DNA from: Polymyxa betae A26-41
Taxonomy: Eukaryota; Protista; Endomyxa: Phytomyxea
DNA length: 64,000 bases
Assembly (NCBI GenBank): GCA_003693705.1
Contig: RBZT01000563.1
Location: 1-64,000, forward strand
Reading direction: 5' to 3'
Below, piece by piece: positions 1 through 12,400 of the stretch (position 1 is its first letter; the number at the start of each line of letters is the position of its first letter). The notes beneath the pieces are model-generated. The model was given only the letters and a program-made list of their open reading frames with translations, did not search any database and had not been told where the DNA came from. Both the position numbers and the translations under genes were made by a program.

Positions 1-118
1 CTAAACTCCGTTAATCGGAAACTCTCCGAGTTCCGAGCTAACCTCCGATCCTAGTGATATATAAGGGCTTGTAATCCATCTATATAATCATTCTGCATTC
101 ATCATTACAACTGTAACA
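1..118 (+). repeat. LTR-like fragment, inverted relative of 1630-1750
   Basis: The reverse complement of 1-118 aligns closely with ~1630-1750 (shared blocks aatgatgaatgcagaa, gattacaagccctta, ctcggagagtttccg). Contains gatatataag (TATA-like) and ends in tgtaaca. Confidence 0.7.
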
Positions 119-149
119 TCAATTTAGTAGACTTGCTACACCTGCCATG

Positions 150-1195
150 GCCCTCCTTATGCTGAATCGACAGCTCACATGTTCCTGTCCACCATCGTCC
201 GTCTCTACGGCGTCCCGACCAGATCATCTGTGATCGTGGTCCTCAACTCGTCTCGAAGTTCTGGAACCGCCTCTTCGAACTTCTTGGAGCAGATTGTCTC
301 TCTAACATCCGGTTACCACTGCCAAACAAACGGTCAGACCGAACGCCTCAACCAAATCCAAGTCCTCGAGCAGTACCTCCGCTGCCACACCTCCTACCGC
401 CAATCCGACTGGTCTCAGCTCCTTCCTCTCGCCGTATTCTCCTACAACAACTCTCAACATGCCGCTACTGGTGTGTCCCCGTTCTTCGCGCTTCGTGGTT
501 ATCATCCTAAATTTGATCCTGCTATCCCCTCTACCGCCCAAGTTCCTCGTGCTAAATCTGACGCCAAGTCCCTCACCGAGCTCCACTCCTGGCTCCGTGA
601 CCAGATCTCCGTCGCCCAGCAACGCTATCAAGACTATGCTGATCGTCATCGTGCTCCTGCCCCAACCTACTCCGTTGGTGACCGTGTCTGGTTATCAACC
701 TCTAACATTCCCTCCGCCCGTCCCTGCCCCAAACTTTCGTCCCGCAAGATTGGTCCCTTCCCCATCAAACGCGTCTTAGGTCCTGTTACTGTTGAACTCG
801 ACCTCCCGCCATCCATGAAAATCCACCCAGTCTTCCACGTCTCTCTCCTCACACCTCACATTCCCAACACCATCCCTCACCGTGTACAACGTCCACGTCA
901 CCCTGTCTCGTCAACAACGACCCATCCCGCCTGATACCTCACTACCTGGTCAACTCTATTCTGGACTCCCGCTACTTTCGTTCCAAACTCCAGTATCTTA
1001 TTGATTGGCAAGGTTATGGTCCTGCTGATCGTTCATGGTTGCCTGCCGAAGTTATCGCCACAGACGTTCCAGGACTTGTCACCGAATTCCATCGTCTCCA
1101 CCCCGATCTTCCCGGACGGCCGGACCCCGCTCCAGCCTTCACTGCCTCACAACCCTCTCGAGCGTCTGGTACCCGCTCGTCTAGAAGGGGGGTAA
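150..1195 (+). mobile_element. Degenerate Ty3/Gypsy (chromovirus-type) pol 3' end: integrase plus chromodomain, frameshifted
   Basis: IVRLYGVP, out-of-frame IICDRGPQLVSKFW, GQTERLNQ, KIGPFPI and [10 protein letters not shown] integrase motifs. Chromodomain [10 protein letters not shown]...[17 protein letters not shown] at ~943-1040 lies in another frame. Several frameshifts. Confidence 0.92.
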
Positions 1196-1200
1196 TGTCA
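1183..1200 (+). promoter_or_regulatory. Polypurine tract followed by LTR start (TGTCA)
   Basis: agaagggggg-taa-tgtca immediately after the chromodomain, the canonical PPT/3' LTR junction. Confidence 0.8.
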
Positions 1201-1810
1201 TGATTCACTACTTCCGTTCAGCTTCCGAGCTACCTCTTGAGTCATCTACCATCAATTCCAAGTTCCTGTTGAGTATCGTGACTCACAACTTCGAACCTTT
1301 GCTTTCTTTGTTTATCGAAATACAATCATTCTCGAATCTATTCGATTCTTATAACTCTTGTTCGCCTGCTTCTTCGTAGCCTTCATTTATTCTTCCTCGC
1401 CCTGTCCCAGTCCTCACATCTCCAAAGTGACCCAGAAAGTCACGGACGCCTACGCTAAGATCAACAGACTGTTGAAATAAGTCCTGATCGTCGCCATCCA
1501 TCTCATCCAAGGCAGTCAGCAACGCTGTTGCTGAATGGTACACAAACGAGTATGACTCAAAAACAGAGTCATCCGAGTCGTCCGAAAAGAAGCCAGAATC
1601 AGCCTATTTCGCTACTTTGAGATCTCCAAGTTAAGATTGCAATGATGAATGCAGAACGAATATAATAGATAGATTACAAGCCCTTAAATATAGACAGAGT
1701 CGGAGGATAGCTCGGACCTCGGAGAGTTTCCGGTTCATCGGAACTTAGTCAATATAGGGCGCTTTCCGATTCATCGGAGATTAGTCAATATAGTGCGATT
1801 AATATTGACA
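1196..1810. mobile_element. LTR-derived segment bounded by TGTCA...TGACA (one ~615 bp LTR, or two head-to-head LTR remnants)
   Basis: TGTCA at 1196 and TGACA at 1806-1810. Internal imperfect tandem unit tttccg.ttcatcgga..ttagtcaatatag occurs twice at ~1727-1792. The distal part is an inverted relative of 1-118. Confidence 0.65.
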
Positions 1811-2108
1811 CAAGCCTCAGAATCAGACATCATAGAAAGTCTGTTTGGATAGAACGAGTTTATGATAAATTACGGAAAGCAGATTCTAAACCGAGTTTGG
1901 CCTCTATGACGGAAAGCTATTATTGCCTGAAATCCTGTTTCCATTTATGGAAAGGTCTAAAATTAATACAGCCGCGCACTTCGCTCCGCAATTTTTAGTT
2001 TACGCATATCTTTTTTGCAGTCAAATTGCAACAAAATTAATCTGTCCGCTGGACTGTCACACTCATCTCATCAAATACTGTTCTATCATACTGATTTATA
2101 AATTAGTA

Positions 2109-5034
2109 ATGTGTGATGTCACATGCCTATTACTTGGTCTAGATTCACATCAATGCATTACTACATCATCTCCTACATATCCACCTCTATTGTTAGAGCC
2201 ATTCCATCAGATCTCCCAATATATACATCATATTAATGAAATATGCCATAATCATGATCTGCACAGTAGCTCTATCTATATGCATGCTTTATGTCGAGGT
2301 ATAGTTCAAGAGATATTACGTCCATTCTATAATATCATATCTGAACATGCTGGTCAAATATCACCATCACAATCTATATTACCAATATCACGTCTCCATG
2401 TTTTATTACATGACCATCAATCTATCATACATGCTACAAGGCAACTTCTTGATAAGATTACCAATAATCTCAAGTATATTCGTGGTATCCGTATTCTTGA
2501 TATCATATTGGAGTTTCGTCAGAGTGGCATCCCTTATGTTGCTCGTATATTCTCTAAGTATGTTATTAGACAGAGCATGCGTTTATTCAATCAAACTGAT
2601 ATTTATATATAGAATACTTCATGAATATCTTGATAAGGTTGTATTGAACCAGATCATATCCTGGGTTGTTTATGGAGTATTATCTGATCCATATCGGGAG
2701 TTCTGGATTGAACAGAATCCTTCTGTTATTGATTCATGGTGCGAAATTCCTTCCAACTACGATCTTCATCTTAATGCGTGTGTTCAGGAATGTTTCATAT
2801 CAAATATCTCTTGCAATGCTACCTGAATCTTATCTGTCATATCAAACCTGCCGATCTATTCTTTTTATCGGGAAAGCTCTTCATATCTCCCGTCCAAAGA
2901 CTTCTACATACTCACACTCTGCGCATCAACAATATTTAGATGTGTTGCAATGTTTTTCCCAGTCAAGTTCAGGTCTGAATGAAGAGTTTGATGTTGCCAT
3001 TGAGAAACTTCACCAACAGGTGATATTTAATGGCATTTTTAACTGCACTGTAACAACTCACTGTTCAGGCTGCTAAATCCCTCTGGCAGTATATCGTCGA
3101 GGAACAGCAATTATTTCAGCACCTGGCGGATCTAAAATCATTCTTCTTTTTAGCCAATGGTGCATTCTATGAGGAATTTATTGCAAACTGGGGCGATCAG
3201 GTATTAAATCGATCTGCTCAACTTAGCAATATCAATTCCGCACAAAATTCTTTCCAGTTTTCAGCAAGAAAGTTTCACTTAGATGAATCCGAGTCGTTTC
3301 GAGGGTAGCTCTGGTCAGGCCGTGATATTTATACGCTGATTGATTTTATATTTTAGATTCCGATTGTATACTAGATGTAAACATTTTACTGCCGATTTCA
3401 AGAAGGACATTTGTGCTTTCAGTTTATGTGGATCCAGTCGTGTATCTGGTGATAATAATGGGATTGTATTGGGATCATCCCAGCATGGCTCTGAGAAGTA
3501 AGTTGAAATAATCCACCACCTAAACGATGTTCAAGTTCTTATTTCGTTGCAGTCCGAGTGTCAGCTATGCCTCAATCTGGAACAAGAAGCAATGTTGCAT
3601 TGTTGATGGATTTCGTGTAGCATTTACAGTCCAATTAACAGGATTCGGTGTCATCAGTTTCGTTCTGCAAAATGACTCGCAATATGCCTTACCTATTGTA
3701 GGTGAATCAACTACTTCAATTACTATGTTGATATTAATTTCAGAACAGAATCTGTCGTCTTCTTTCTGCATTGATTTTGAGAGATTTGCTGATATTGGAA
3801 TGCGAATCTCATTGCGTTATAATTCGGATACGATTGAGACCTGGTCCGTGCCCCAATCAAATCTGTTTAATTCAAAGCAGCATTGTATCAGCATTCAATG
3901 GCTTCCATATGATATCATTGATGAGAAGGCATCCCTTCAGATAACTATCGATGGTAACACTCTCATCCCTTTCAGTTATGTTCTATCACTCAATCTATCA
4001 CTCAATCTATATATGATAGATGGTTTCAAACGAAGCATTGCAGCTGAGCACGTAAACCGAAAGTTGAGGATATTAGGGCATCGATGTTTTATTGGTATTT
4101 CTGGGGTCTGCCACGTTAACGATCATACGCAATCTATATTTACTGTTCAATGTATATCTTGGAGAGAATTACAACAACCTACTAATATCTCTATGATTGA
4201 TCTAGCTTTAGATTTTCAGGTGAGCACATTAACAATCTAATCCATGTCTCTCTTGCTTATAAGTCATATTTTCAGATTCCAAAGGGTATAGATTTGTTGC
4301 TTGGAATTCAAGAAGTCAACAGATATTCGGATATATTTACATTCTTACTACGAATCAAATTTGTTCATTGGTATCTTCGACGTGCATGGACTGCAGCAGA
4401 TGGTATGATGATAATAAGTGTGGTATCTCTTTTCATTATTAACAGCCATATAGAACAAGCCGCATGTTCACATGCCATTTCATTACTGCGATCAAGGATG
4501 CAGTTTCTGCTTGATAATTTGCAGATCTACTTACAAGTTGATGTGATAGAAACTCAATTCACTAAGATGATTGAATCCATTCAATGCACAAAGGATTTTG
4601 ATACAATCCGTCTAGCTCATGACAGGTATCCGATCTTCTTTCATCTCAGTTTCAAATCATTGCTGATATCAGCTCCAACAGATATCTTGCAGTTCTAACA
4701 CAGCACTGCTTTCTACAAAGTCGTGTAATAATCAAGGCATTAGATCATGTGCTGGATATTTGCCTTCAATTTTGCAGGTTACTTGATAGCTCCAAAAAAG
4801 ACCATATTGGAAAGCAGATTCAGTCATTTGCTGTTATGTTCCATCGTGAGGCGTGCTTCTTATTTTCTGTAATATCCAATAAGGCAGGACATCATTCTTC
4901 ACCTCATCTTGAACAGGTATACAGTCAATATTATTAATTTTAGATGTTACCTGATTGTTTCATATTAGTTAGTTCTTCGTATTGATTATAATGGCTATTT
5001 CTCTGCATTAGTATCAGAATCTGGTCTAAAATGA
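2109..5034 (+). CDS. TUBGCP4: Gamma-tubulin complex component 4 (multi-exon) with an internal lectin-like insertion
   Basis: Exons encode WVVYGVLSDPYREFWI, SILFIGKAL, LKSFFFLANGAF, YSDIFTFLLRIK, LDNLQIYLQVDVIETQF..DFDTIRLAHD and LVLRIDYNGYFS, which are GCP4-type motifs. Short GT-AG introns. Confidence 0.85.
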
Positions 5035-5376
5035 TTTCCAAATTCCCTTCCAACAATGACGTAATTCTGTAAATACATATCTATCTATTTATTGTATTCG
5101 ACTCCGTTTAAGCCTGACGTTCTTCATCCGAAACTCAACCAGTTGTCTGCAGTTGTTTGCCAAAAATGTCGCCTCATTCTCCGATGTAACATTACAATTT
5201 TGCAAGTTATTGCGCTTGAGAAATGTCAGAACATATCTGTGGGGCTGGCTCTTTGCTTTTGTTACCTATCTGTAGTATAGACTTGTTGGCCCCCGGGTGA
5301 GAGATCTCCAGTATCTGTGTTATTGTGTCACATCCTGTCACATCTCTGATAGGATCACTTCGTAATATATTATAGC

Positions 5377-6403
5377 ATGAAGTCCGATCTAGATCACTGG
5401 ATTCATCAGTTGACAAACTGTCAATGTTTATCTGAACATGATAGTCGTCTGCTCTGTCTATACGTGAAGAATTTACTCATGGAAGAATCCAATGTTCAAC
5501 CTGTATCCAGTCCTGTTACTGTCTGTGGTGATATCCATGGACAATATTTCGATCTATTAGAACTATTCAGGAAGGGTGGTCCTGTACCTAATACCAGATA
5601 TGTGTTTATGGGTGATTTTGTTGATAGAGGGCATCATTCTGTTGAGACCCTCCAACTCTTATTGGCTTTGAAAGCCAGATATCCAGATTGTGTTACATTA
5701 CTTCGTGGTAATCACGAATCTCGTCAAGTTACACAAGTATATGGTTTCTATCAAGAATGTGTTAGAAAATATGGAAATGCCAATGTATGGAGGTACTGTA
5801 CAGATTTATTTGATTATTTCAGTATCGCTGCTGTTATTGATGGAAGTAAGTATTCACTTTATATAGGTGATTAACAAGCATTCATACTGAATGTATTGTA
5901 TTTTAGGAATATTATGTGTTCATGGTGGATTATCACCAGATTTAGTCAGTATTGATCAAATGAGATTACTTCATCGAGTTCAAGAGATTCCACATTCAGG
6001 CGCATTCTGTGATATAATGTGGTCAGATCCAGATGATATTGATACATGGAAGATATCACCTCGAGGAGCTGGATGGTTGTTTGGGTCTGTGGTCACCAAA
6101 CAGTTTAATCATCTGAATCAGTTGGATTTAATATGTAGAGCACATCAGCTTGTTCAGGAGGGATATCAATATATGTTCCCAGAAAAGAGTCTCATCACCG
6201 TTTGGAGTGCACCAAAGTGAGCTCAATGTTCGAATAATCTTCTTATGTTCTGATTAATATCTAGCTATTGCTATCGATGCGGAAATGTCGCTTCAATATT
6301 AGCGTTCGATGAACATCTGGACAGGGAGATTATCATCTTTCAAGATACACCTGAGAGTGCCATCAATGTACCTGAGGATCGGAATTCGCCTTTCTTTATT
6401 TGA
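5377..6403 (+). CDS. PPP6C: Ser/Thr protein phosphatase 6 catalytic subunit (PP6/Sit4 type), 3 exons
   Basis: [41 protein letters not shown], and SAPN|YCYRCGN across an intron. Confidence 0.9.
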
Positions 6404-6464
6404 CAATTGGGGCTTCCAAACATAAATATATAATATTGACTAGATGATTAATCAAAGCAAGCGC

Positions 6465-7871
6465 TCAGGCTTTTGTCAATATAATACTGACATTGGTACC
6501 ACCAAACCCGAATGAATTCATCAAAACAGCATTGATAGGAGTATTAAGAAGAGGAGCTTGAGGTAGATATAGATCATTGAAGGCTGGATCGATATGATCT
6601 AGATTAGCATTAGGTGGTATGATAGAGTGATTCATTGATAATACAGATATAACAGCCTGTATAGCACCAGCAGCTCCTAACATATGTCCAGTTTGTCCTT
6701 TAGTTGATATAATTGGTAATGATGGCAATATACGACTGAATATATGTCGTATAGCTTGAGATTCAGCTAGATCTCCAGATATAGTAGAAGCAGCATGTGC
6801 ATGCACATATGTAATAGATTCTATTGATAGACCAGCATCTGATAGAGCAGATCTCATAGCTATCTGAGCACCAATACCACCTGGACTAGGTGATGTTATA
6901 TGCCATGCATCTGATGATAATCCAGATCCAGATATCCTTCCTAATATTCTAGCACCACGTTCTCTTGCTATATCTTCAGCTTCTAATACCAACATAGCCG
7001 CTCCTTCTGCCTATATACATCATATCAATCGATTTAACGTGATCAGATACTTATAATGAACCATGACAAAACCCGATCTTCGAGATGACCATGGACATGA
7101 AGCTTGATCTGGATCTTTAATTATCGATAGAGCTCTGCATTGTGAGAACCCAAACAATGCTAATTCATGCATACAGGACTCAGTAGCACCTGCAATCATA
7201 CGATCTGTAGCTCCCAATCTAATCAAACGTGCTGCTTCTGCAATAGCATGAGCACCACTAGCACATGCTGAACTTGGTGATAATGATGGACCTTGAAGTC
7301 GTAGATCCATACTAACTATAGCACTAGCCATATTTACTAATAGATCAGGAACCTGTTACAATTAGATCCTCTCTACATGTCATATAGATATAATATATCT
7401 CTTACTGTATATGGAGATAGTCTCCGACCTTTATCTTGATCTATCATACGAATAGAACTTGATAGCTGATGTAACGATGACATACCAACTCCAATACAAA
7501 CACCAGTTCTGTCATCGAACTTCATCTCATCATCTAATAATCCAGCATGATGGTAAGCCTCTCGACCAGCTATCAATGCTAACTGAATAAATCGAGGTCG
7601 GATACCATATTTCCAACGAACAGCATCGAATTCCTGAACTACGTCATCAGGAATCTGTGAGACAGTTGTACAAGGCAATTTATCAAATACAGCCTTGTCT
7701 AATCCAGAGATAGGCCTATGCTATCATATCATTATATGACCTCGGGACCAAGCAGATGATATGATACCCGAATCTCTGCTTTCCCTTAATAATAAGGTCC
7801 CAGAATGTTGATATCCGGGCTGATAATGGTGTAATGAATCCCAATCCTGTGATTACAACAGACCTATTCAT
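6465..7871 (-). CDS. OXSM: 3-oxoacyl-ACP synthase II (FabF/OXSM type), multi-exon
   Basis: N-terminus MNRSVVITGLG, SACASGAHAI (catalytic Cys), HAHAAST, KGQTGHMLGAAG, NSFGFGGTN. Confidence 0.9.
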
Positions 7872-8242
7872 TTCTATTGGTCATTGGAATTTCTCCAATA
7901 CTCCGCTAGATAAAGATTAACCCAACTTTCAATTCATTCTATCAACCAGATCAAATATGATACAAAATTATATAAGCTTAGCTTACACCATCATAGCCTG
8001 TACAATGTATATTGCACATTATCATTTCCAAAACTCTTCAACTTAAAAAGTTTGAAATGCTTTCTACCTCACAGAGAAGCAGCAGATATCAGTGATGCTT
8101 TGGTTGTGCAGATCTTTGAGTATGTCTTAGCTGTGTCACTTTGATATTACTCTAAATGACATGTTCGATTAACCCGTTTTTAACAAGCCGTGATCGCATT
8201 TAATCAAAGAATTGTTTAATGACTTTATATTATATATAGTCC

Positions 8243-9271
8243 ATGTTAATCAGAAATCCATCATGCCACAAGATGCTATACAGGCTGTTCACCAGCGCTG
8301 CTAAGCCTAATATTCTATTCTTTGGGACAGACTCGTTCGCTGCTAGACATCTCCAACGTTTGATTGATAGCCAAGTTGGTTTCTTACAGAATGTCGTCAC
8401 TGCCAAATCAGCGAAATCCGATCTTGTGCCTTCGATAGCTTCCAAATATGGAATCAATTTACATCGAGCCAATACTAATTTCACTATGGACAATTGGGCT
8501 ATGCCTGAGGGTCAGTTCGATCTTGGGGTTGTAGTCAGTTTTGGCTATAAGATTCCTTCAAGGATAATTAGTCAGTTTCCATCGGGGATCATCAATGTAA
8601 TGTCTTATAGTTGAACTATTTCACAGTATTGATAATGTATGTAGGTACATCCATCGTTATTGCCTTCATATCGTGGAGCTTCACCCATTCAATCTGCCAT
8701 TCTTAATAATGAGACACGAACTGGAGTCTGTATTATAGACATCGATCCCGATACTATTGATAGTGGCCGAATATTAGCTCGCCAGGAGACACAAATCCAA
8801 TCTGATGACACATTTCTAACGCTGAGAGATCGGCTCGCGCTGATCGGATCTGAGATGCTTCATCATACGGTGGCTAATCTCGAGATCGCTCGACGAAATG
8901 CAGTCTGTCAGGATGCTAAAACGGATGCAGCTCGGTTTGCCAGGAAATTACTGAAGCAAGATGCATGTATAGACTGTAAAACAATGACAGCTGATGAGAT
9001 ATACACTGTATATAGAGCTCTATATGGATACATGACAGTTTATTGTCAATGGAGAGGAAAGCAACTTTTGCTGCTGGAACTAGAACCTGTCAACAAGAAC
9101 GTCGCTGTTCCTGCTGGCCATATTGTATATGATCAACAAGCTGATCGGTTAGTAATTGGATGCAGCTCACAGACCTGCCTCTATGCATCCCGAGTTCAAA
9201 TTGCGACCAGAAAACGCTTAACTCCATCCGCATTTGCTCATGGTTACCATCTGATTCGAGCGACGTCGTAA
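8243..9271 (+). CDS. MTFMT: Methionyl-tRNA formyltransferase, probably mitochondrial, 2 exons
   Basis: ILFFGTDSFA, DLGVVVSFG, IIN|VHPSLLPSYRGASPIQ, IDSGRIL. Basic N-terminal presequence-like extension. Confidence 0.9.
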
Positions 9272-9422
9272 ACATCAATCTACATTTCCCATATTGAACT
9301 TCTGGTCTAGTAGAGAGAATCAGGTTGTATATTTAATGTTGATAGTTATGTTACATGAGATTATCATACAGCTGTCAAGTGTATGAAGAGCTGTACTGTG
9401 CTCTATTCTCTCCTCATAAACA

Positions 9423-12400
9423 ATGTCTTTACAAGTAGCTTATTCTCGACCTGGCTCAAACCAAGCTCTATGTCAGGGACGTTTCCTTTACCAGCATCAG
9501 CACATTGCCTTAGTTAGATCTGTAAATCATCCGCAGCATAAGACACCGTCTACTCAAATTATTTTGCACGATGAACATCGGAAGCATGTATCATTTTGCA
9601 CTTGCATAGCAAGTCCTAGCTATGCTATTGGTTTGCCTGCTATCGTATCCAGGTACATATTTTACCATCAGAACGTTTCTGTAGAATCAAATTACACATA
9701 GTCGTCTCGATCTATTATGCATAGTGGACAACAGGTCATTCTTGTATCTACTGCATTGGACAGAAAACGGTCATGATCCCGAGCTTCTATTTCAATGCCG
9801 TATAGAAGCGCCTGACCCCAAAGCATATGTACTTTCCTTGTTGTGTTCTGATTCTTCAAGTGATTCTGTATCAGGATGCAGCTCATAAACGATATAGTCG
9901 ACCTTATCATGTAGGCATAACTAGCTATATTGTGGCATCATTATGGAGGGATTTCCTTACAGTAGTAAGGATTTGCCAGGCAGATGTGAATATTTATATA
10001 CTTCTGGCTAGTTCTAAATGATATTTCAGGAAGACAATCATATTCCTCGTGTTCATATACAGCATTTCTGTCAAACCAATACCACTCCCAGCGTTCTTCA
10101 TAACTTGGAAATAATTCAAGTCATATCTAATCAGATTACAGTTGGGTCGTGTGTGGAATCATATACTGGCACCTGCGATCTTCTCACATTTATCCTCGAC
10201 CTACAGTCTCGATGCATTCAACTTGGACCATATCAAGTTAACAATGTCGATCCAAGAACTCTACTGGTGCCTATTGAGCATGGCATGCTATGCATTAGCT
10301 CGGCTGATGCTCGATTAGTTGATAGCCAAGCAATTCGAAATCTGCCGATCTCTATTCCACGCGATTTCAAACCGAAATGTATCGTACATACTCCTATCGC
10401 TAGGCTGTTCATTGTTATTAACGAAACAGGCCAAATGTATTGTTTAAATTTGGACGAACCGAAATGCTCTCAACTGCAACTAATTGCTGAACATAAAGTC
10501 CCATTTTCTGCTGTTCATAGCGCTGCCATCACTGAAAGTGATAAACTGTTGATTTATGTTGCCGATTCATCAGAGCGGTTGTATCTGTGGACTATGGAAG
10601 GATTCATCCCAGGAAAATGTGATGGAGATGGAATCCATTCAACCTGCAAGCTGCTGTCATCACCAGTTAATTTAAAGATGAATGATGTCGATCTCTCAAA
10701 GCTATCTTCAATAGTTCAAATTGATCATTGCCTGTATGGCTGGCTTGATTCATATCCCGGAAAAGGGCTATATCGTGTACAGCATGGAGTAGTTCTGTCT
10801 GGACTGAAACAAGTTCAGAAGTTCGCTTATACAGCCCCCAATCTCGTGATGGCATTGAATTCATTGCTATTCATCTCTTTGCCAGATCCTCCGACAACCA
10901 TAGTTTACACGATATCAGACACCTCCTTAACTGAGATTGTTCTTGATCGTGTAAATCGAGACTGTTCAACCTTATCAGGGGCTACTGTTGCTGATAGTAC
11001 AAGGCTGCTACTAATATCGCAATGGGATATTCGTTTATTATATGGATATGATCAGCACTATCTCTTGAACGCTTATATAAGCGAGTATGGACCGATTCAT
11101 TCTGGCAGCATTAATGGCTATTATATTGGCATCTGTTCGGATTGCTACATCTCTCTGCTATGCTATTGTCCTGAATCCGATAGCATCCAATTACTAACGT
11201 CTATCAATTGCCTATTAGAAGTTGGGATTATTGTGCTGACTGACAAACATGTCATTGGTTCGCATAATGAAGTGTTCACGTTGTATAGCCATCATGGATA
11301 TTCCCATATTAGTGTGACAATATCCTATCATCTGCCACACATTATTACTTCTATTGTTCAATGTGGTGCCAGACTTATGATTGGCACCACTGAATCCTTT
11401 CATCTTTATATCATTGATAACGATGTTTGTATATGCTTACGCCAATGCCATTATCCATCAGTTCAACCTGTACTCATGTCTTTACTAAGCGATAATCTGG
11501 TAATTGCTTCCAATCGTTCTGGGACGTTCCTCATTGGCGATGATTGTAACATGGTTCCATTAGCAGCATCCACGAACAAAGTGGTTCGTATTCCGCACAC
11601 AGCATGCCTTTTACCGAACAATCGTTTAATGTTCATATCTGACTGTAACCAATTATATGTTACTGACATGTTGATTGAGCCCCAATTTCACACCATGAAG
11701 ATTGATATCTCTGTTTCTGGCTCAATCGTGTTTCTGAAGAAGATCGCTCTGGATGGTGATCTGTCCCTGTTAGCAATAGCAATCAATACTGAATCATCAG
11801 CTTCAGTTATGCAGTTGTACCTTCATCCAGTTATGGAACTGGTTTGTGAACATCATTTTCACTATGATATTCATGATATGGCCGTTTCTCAAACCAGTGG
11901 GACACAGATATTATCCGTGTTGAATAGCCGATTACAATGTTTAAAACAAAGATGGGTTTTGTCATGCTATTGCATTCGAGTTAACCCCGGAAGCAATCCA
12001 CATCAATCATCCGTTTCTGTTTCTTTTCTACATGAGACCAGTTTAATTACGGATTGTAATGGAACCTGCCAAATTTATTCTCTGTCAAACTGCTACGTTC
12101 TATTGCAAGTTGGTGGCTCCGGACTGAGAATCTACGAGCTATCTGAAAAGTGTTGTATATTGCGATGCGATTGGATGCTGCCAAAGGATCTTGAAGTACC
12201 ACTAATACGTTGTCATGAACCATTAAGTCTGCACAAACGTATTCAGACCCAATATGATATTCTACTGGTTTATCCGTCTAATTCGAAGTTATTATTATCT
12301 CGATTTCAATGTCAAGATGGGCGTTATACGTTTAAACGCATTACAGAAATAGAAAATTCAGTTCCAGAACGAATATCGCACATCGAGTTTCTTAATCGGA

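Noticed and set aside
1923-2108. N-terminal extension of GCP4 suggested by the ORF track
   Set aside because: It relies on a TTG start. The first ATG is at 2109, where GCP4-like sequence begins.
5089-5262. Minus-strand 58-codon open frame (VTKAKSQPHRY...KRSRIQ*) between GCP4 and PP6
   Set aside because: There is no upstream ATG or convincing upstream exon, and no family was recognised. It cannot be supported without transcripts.
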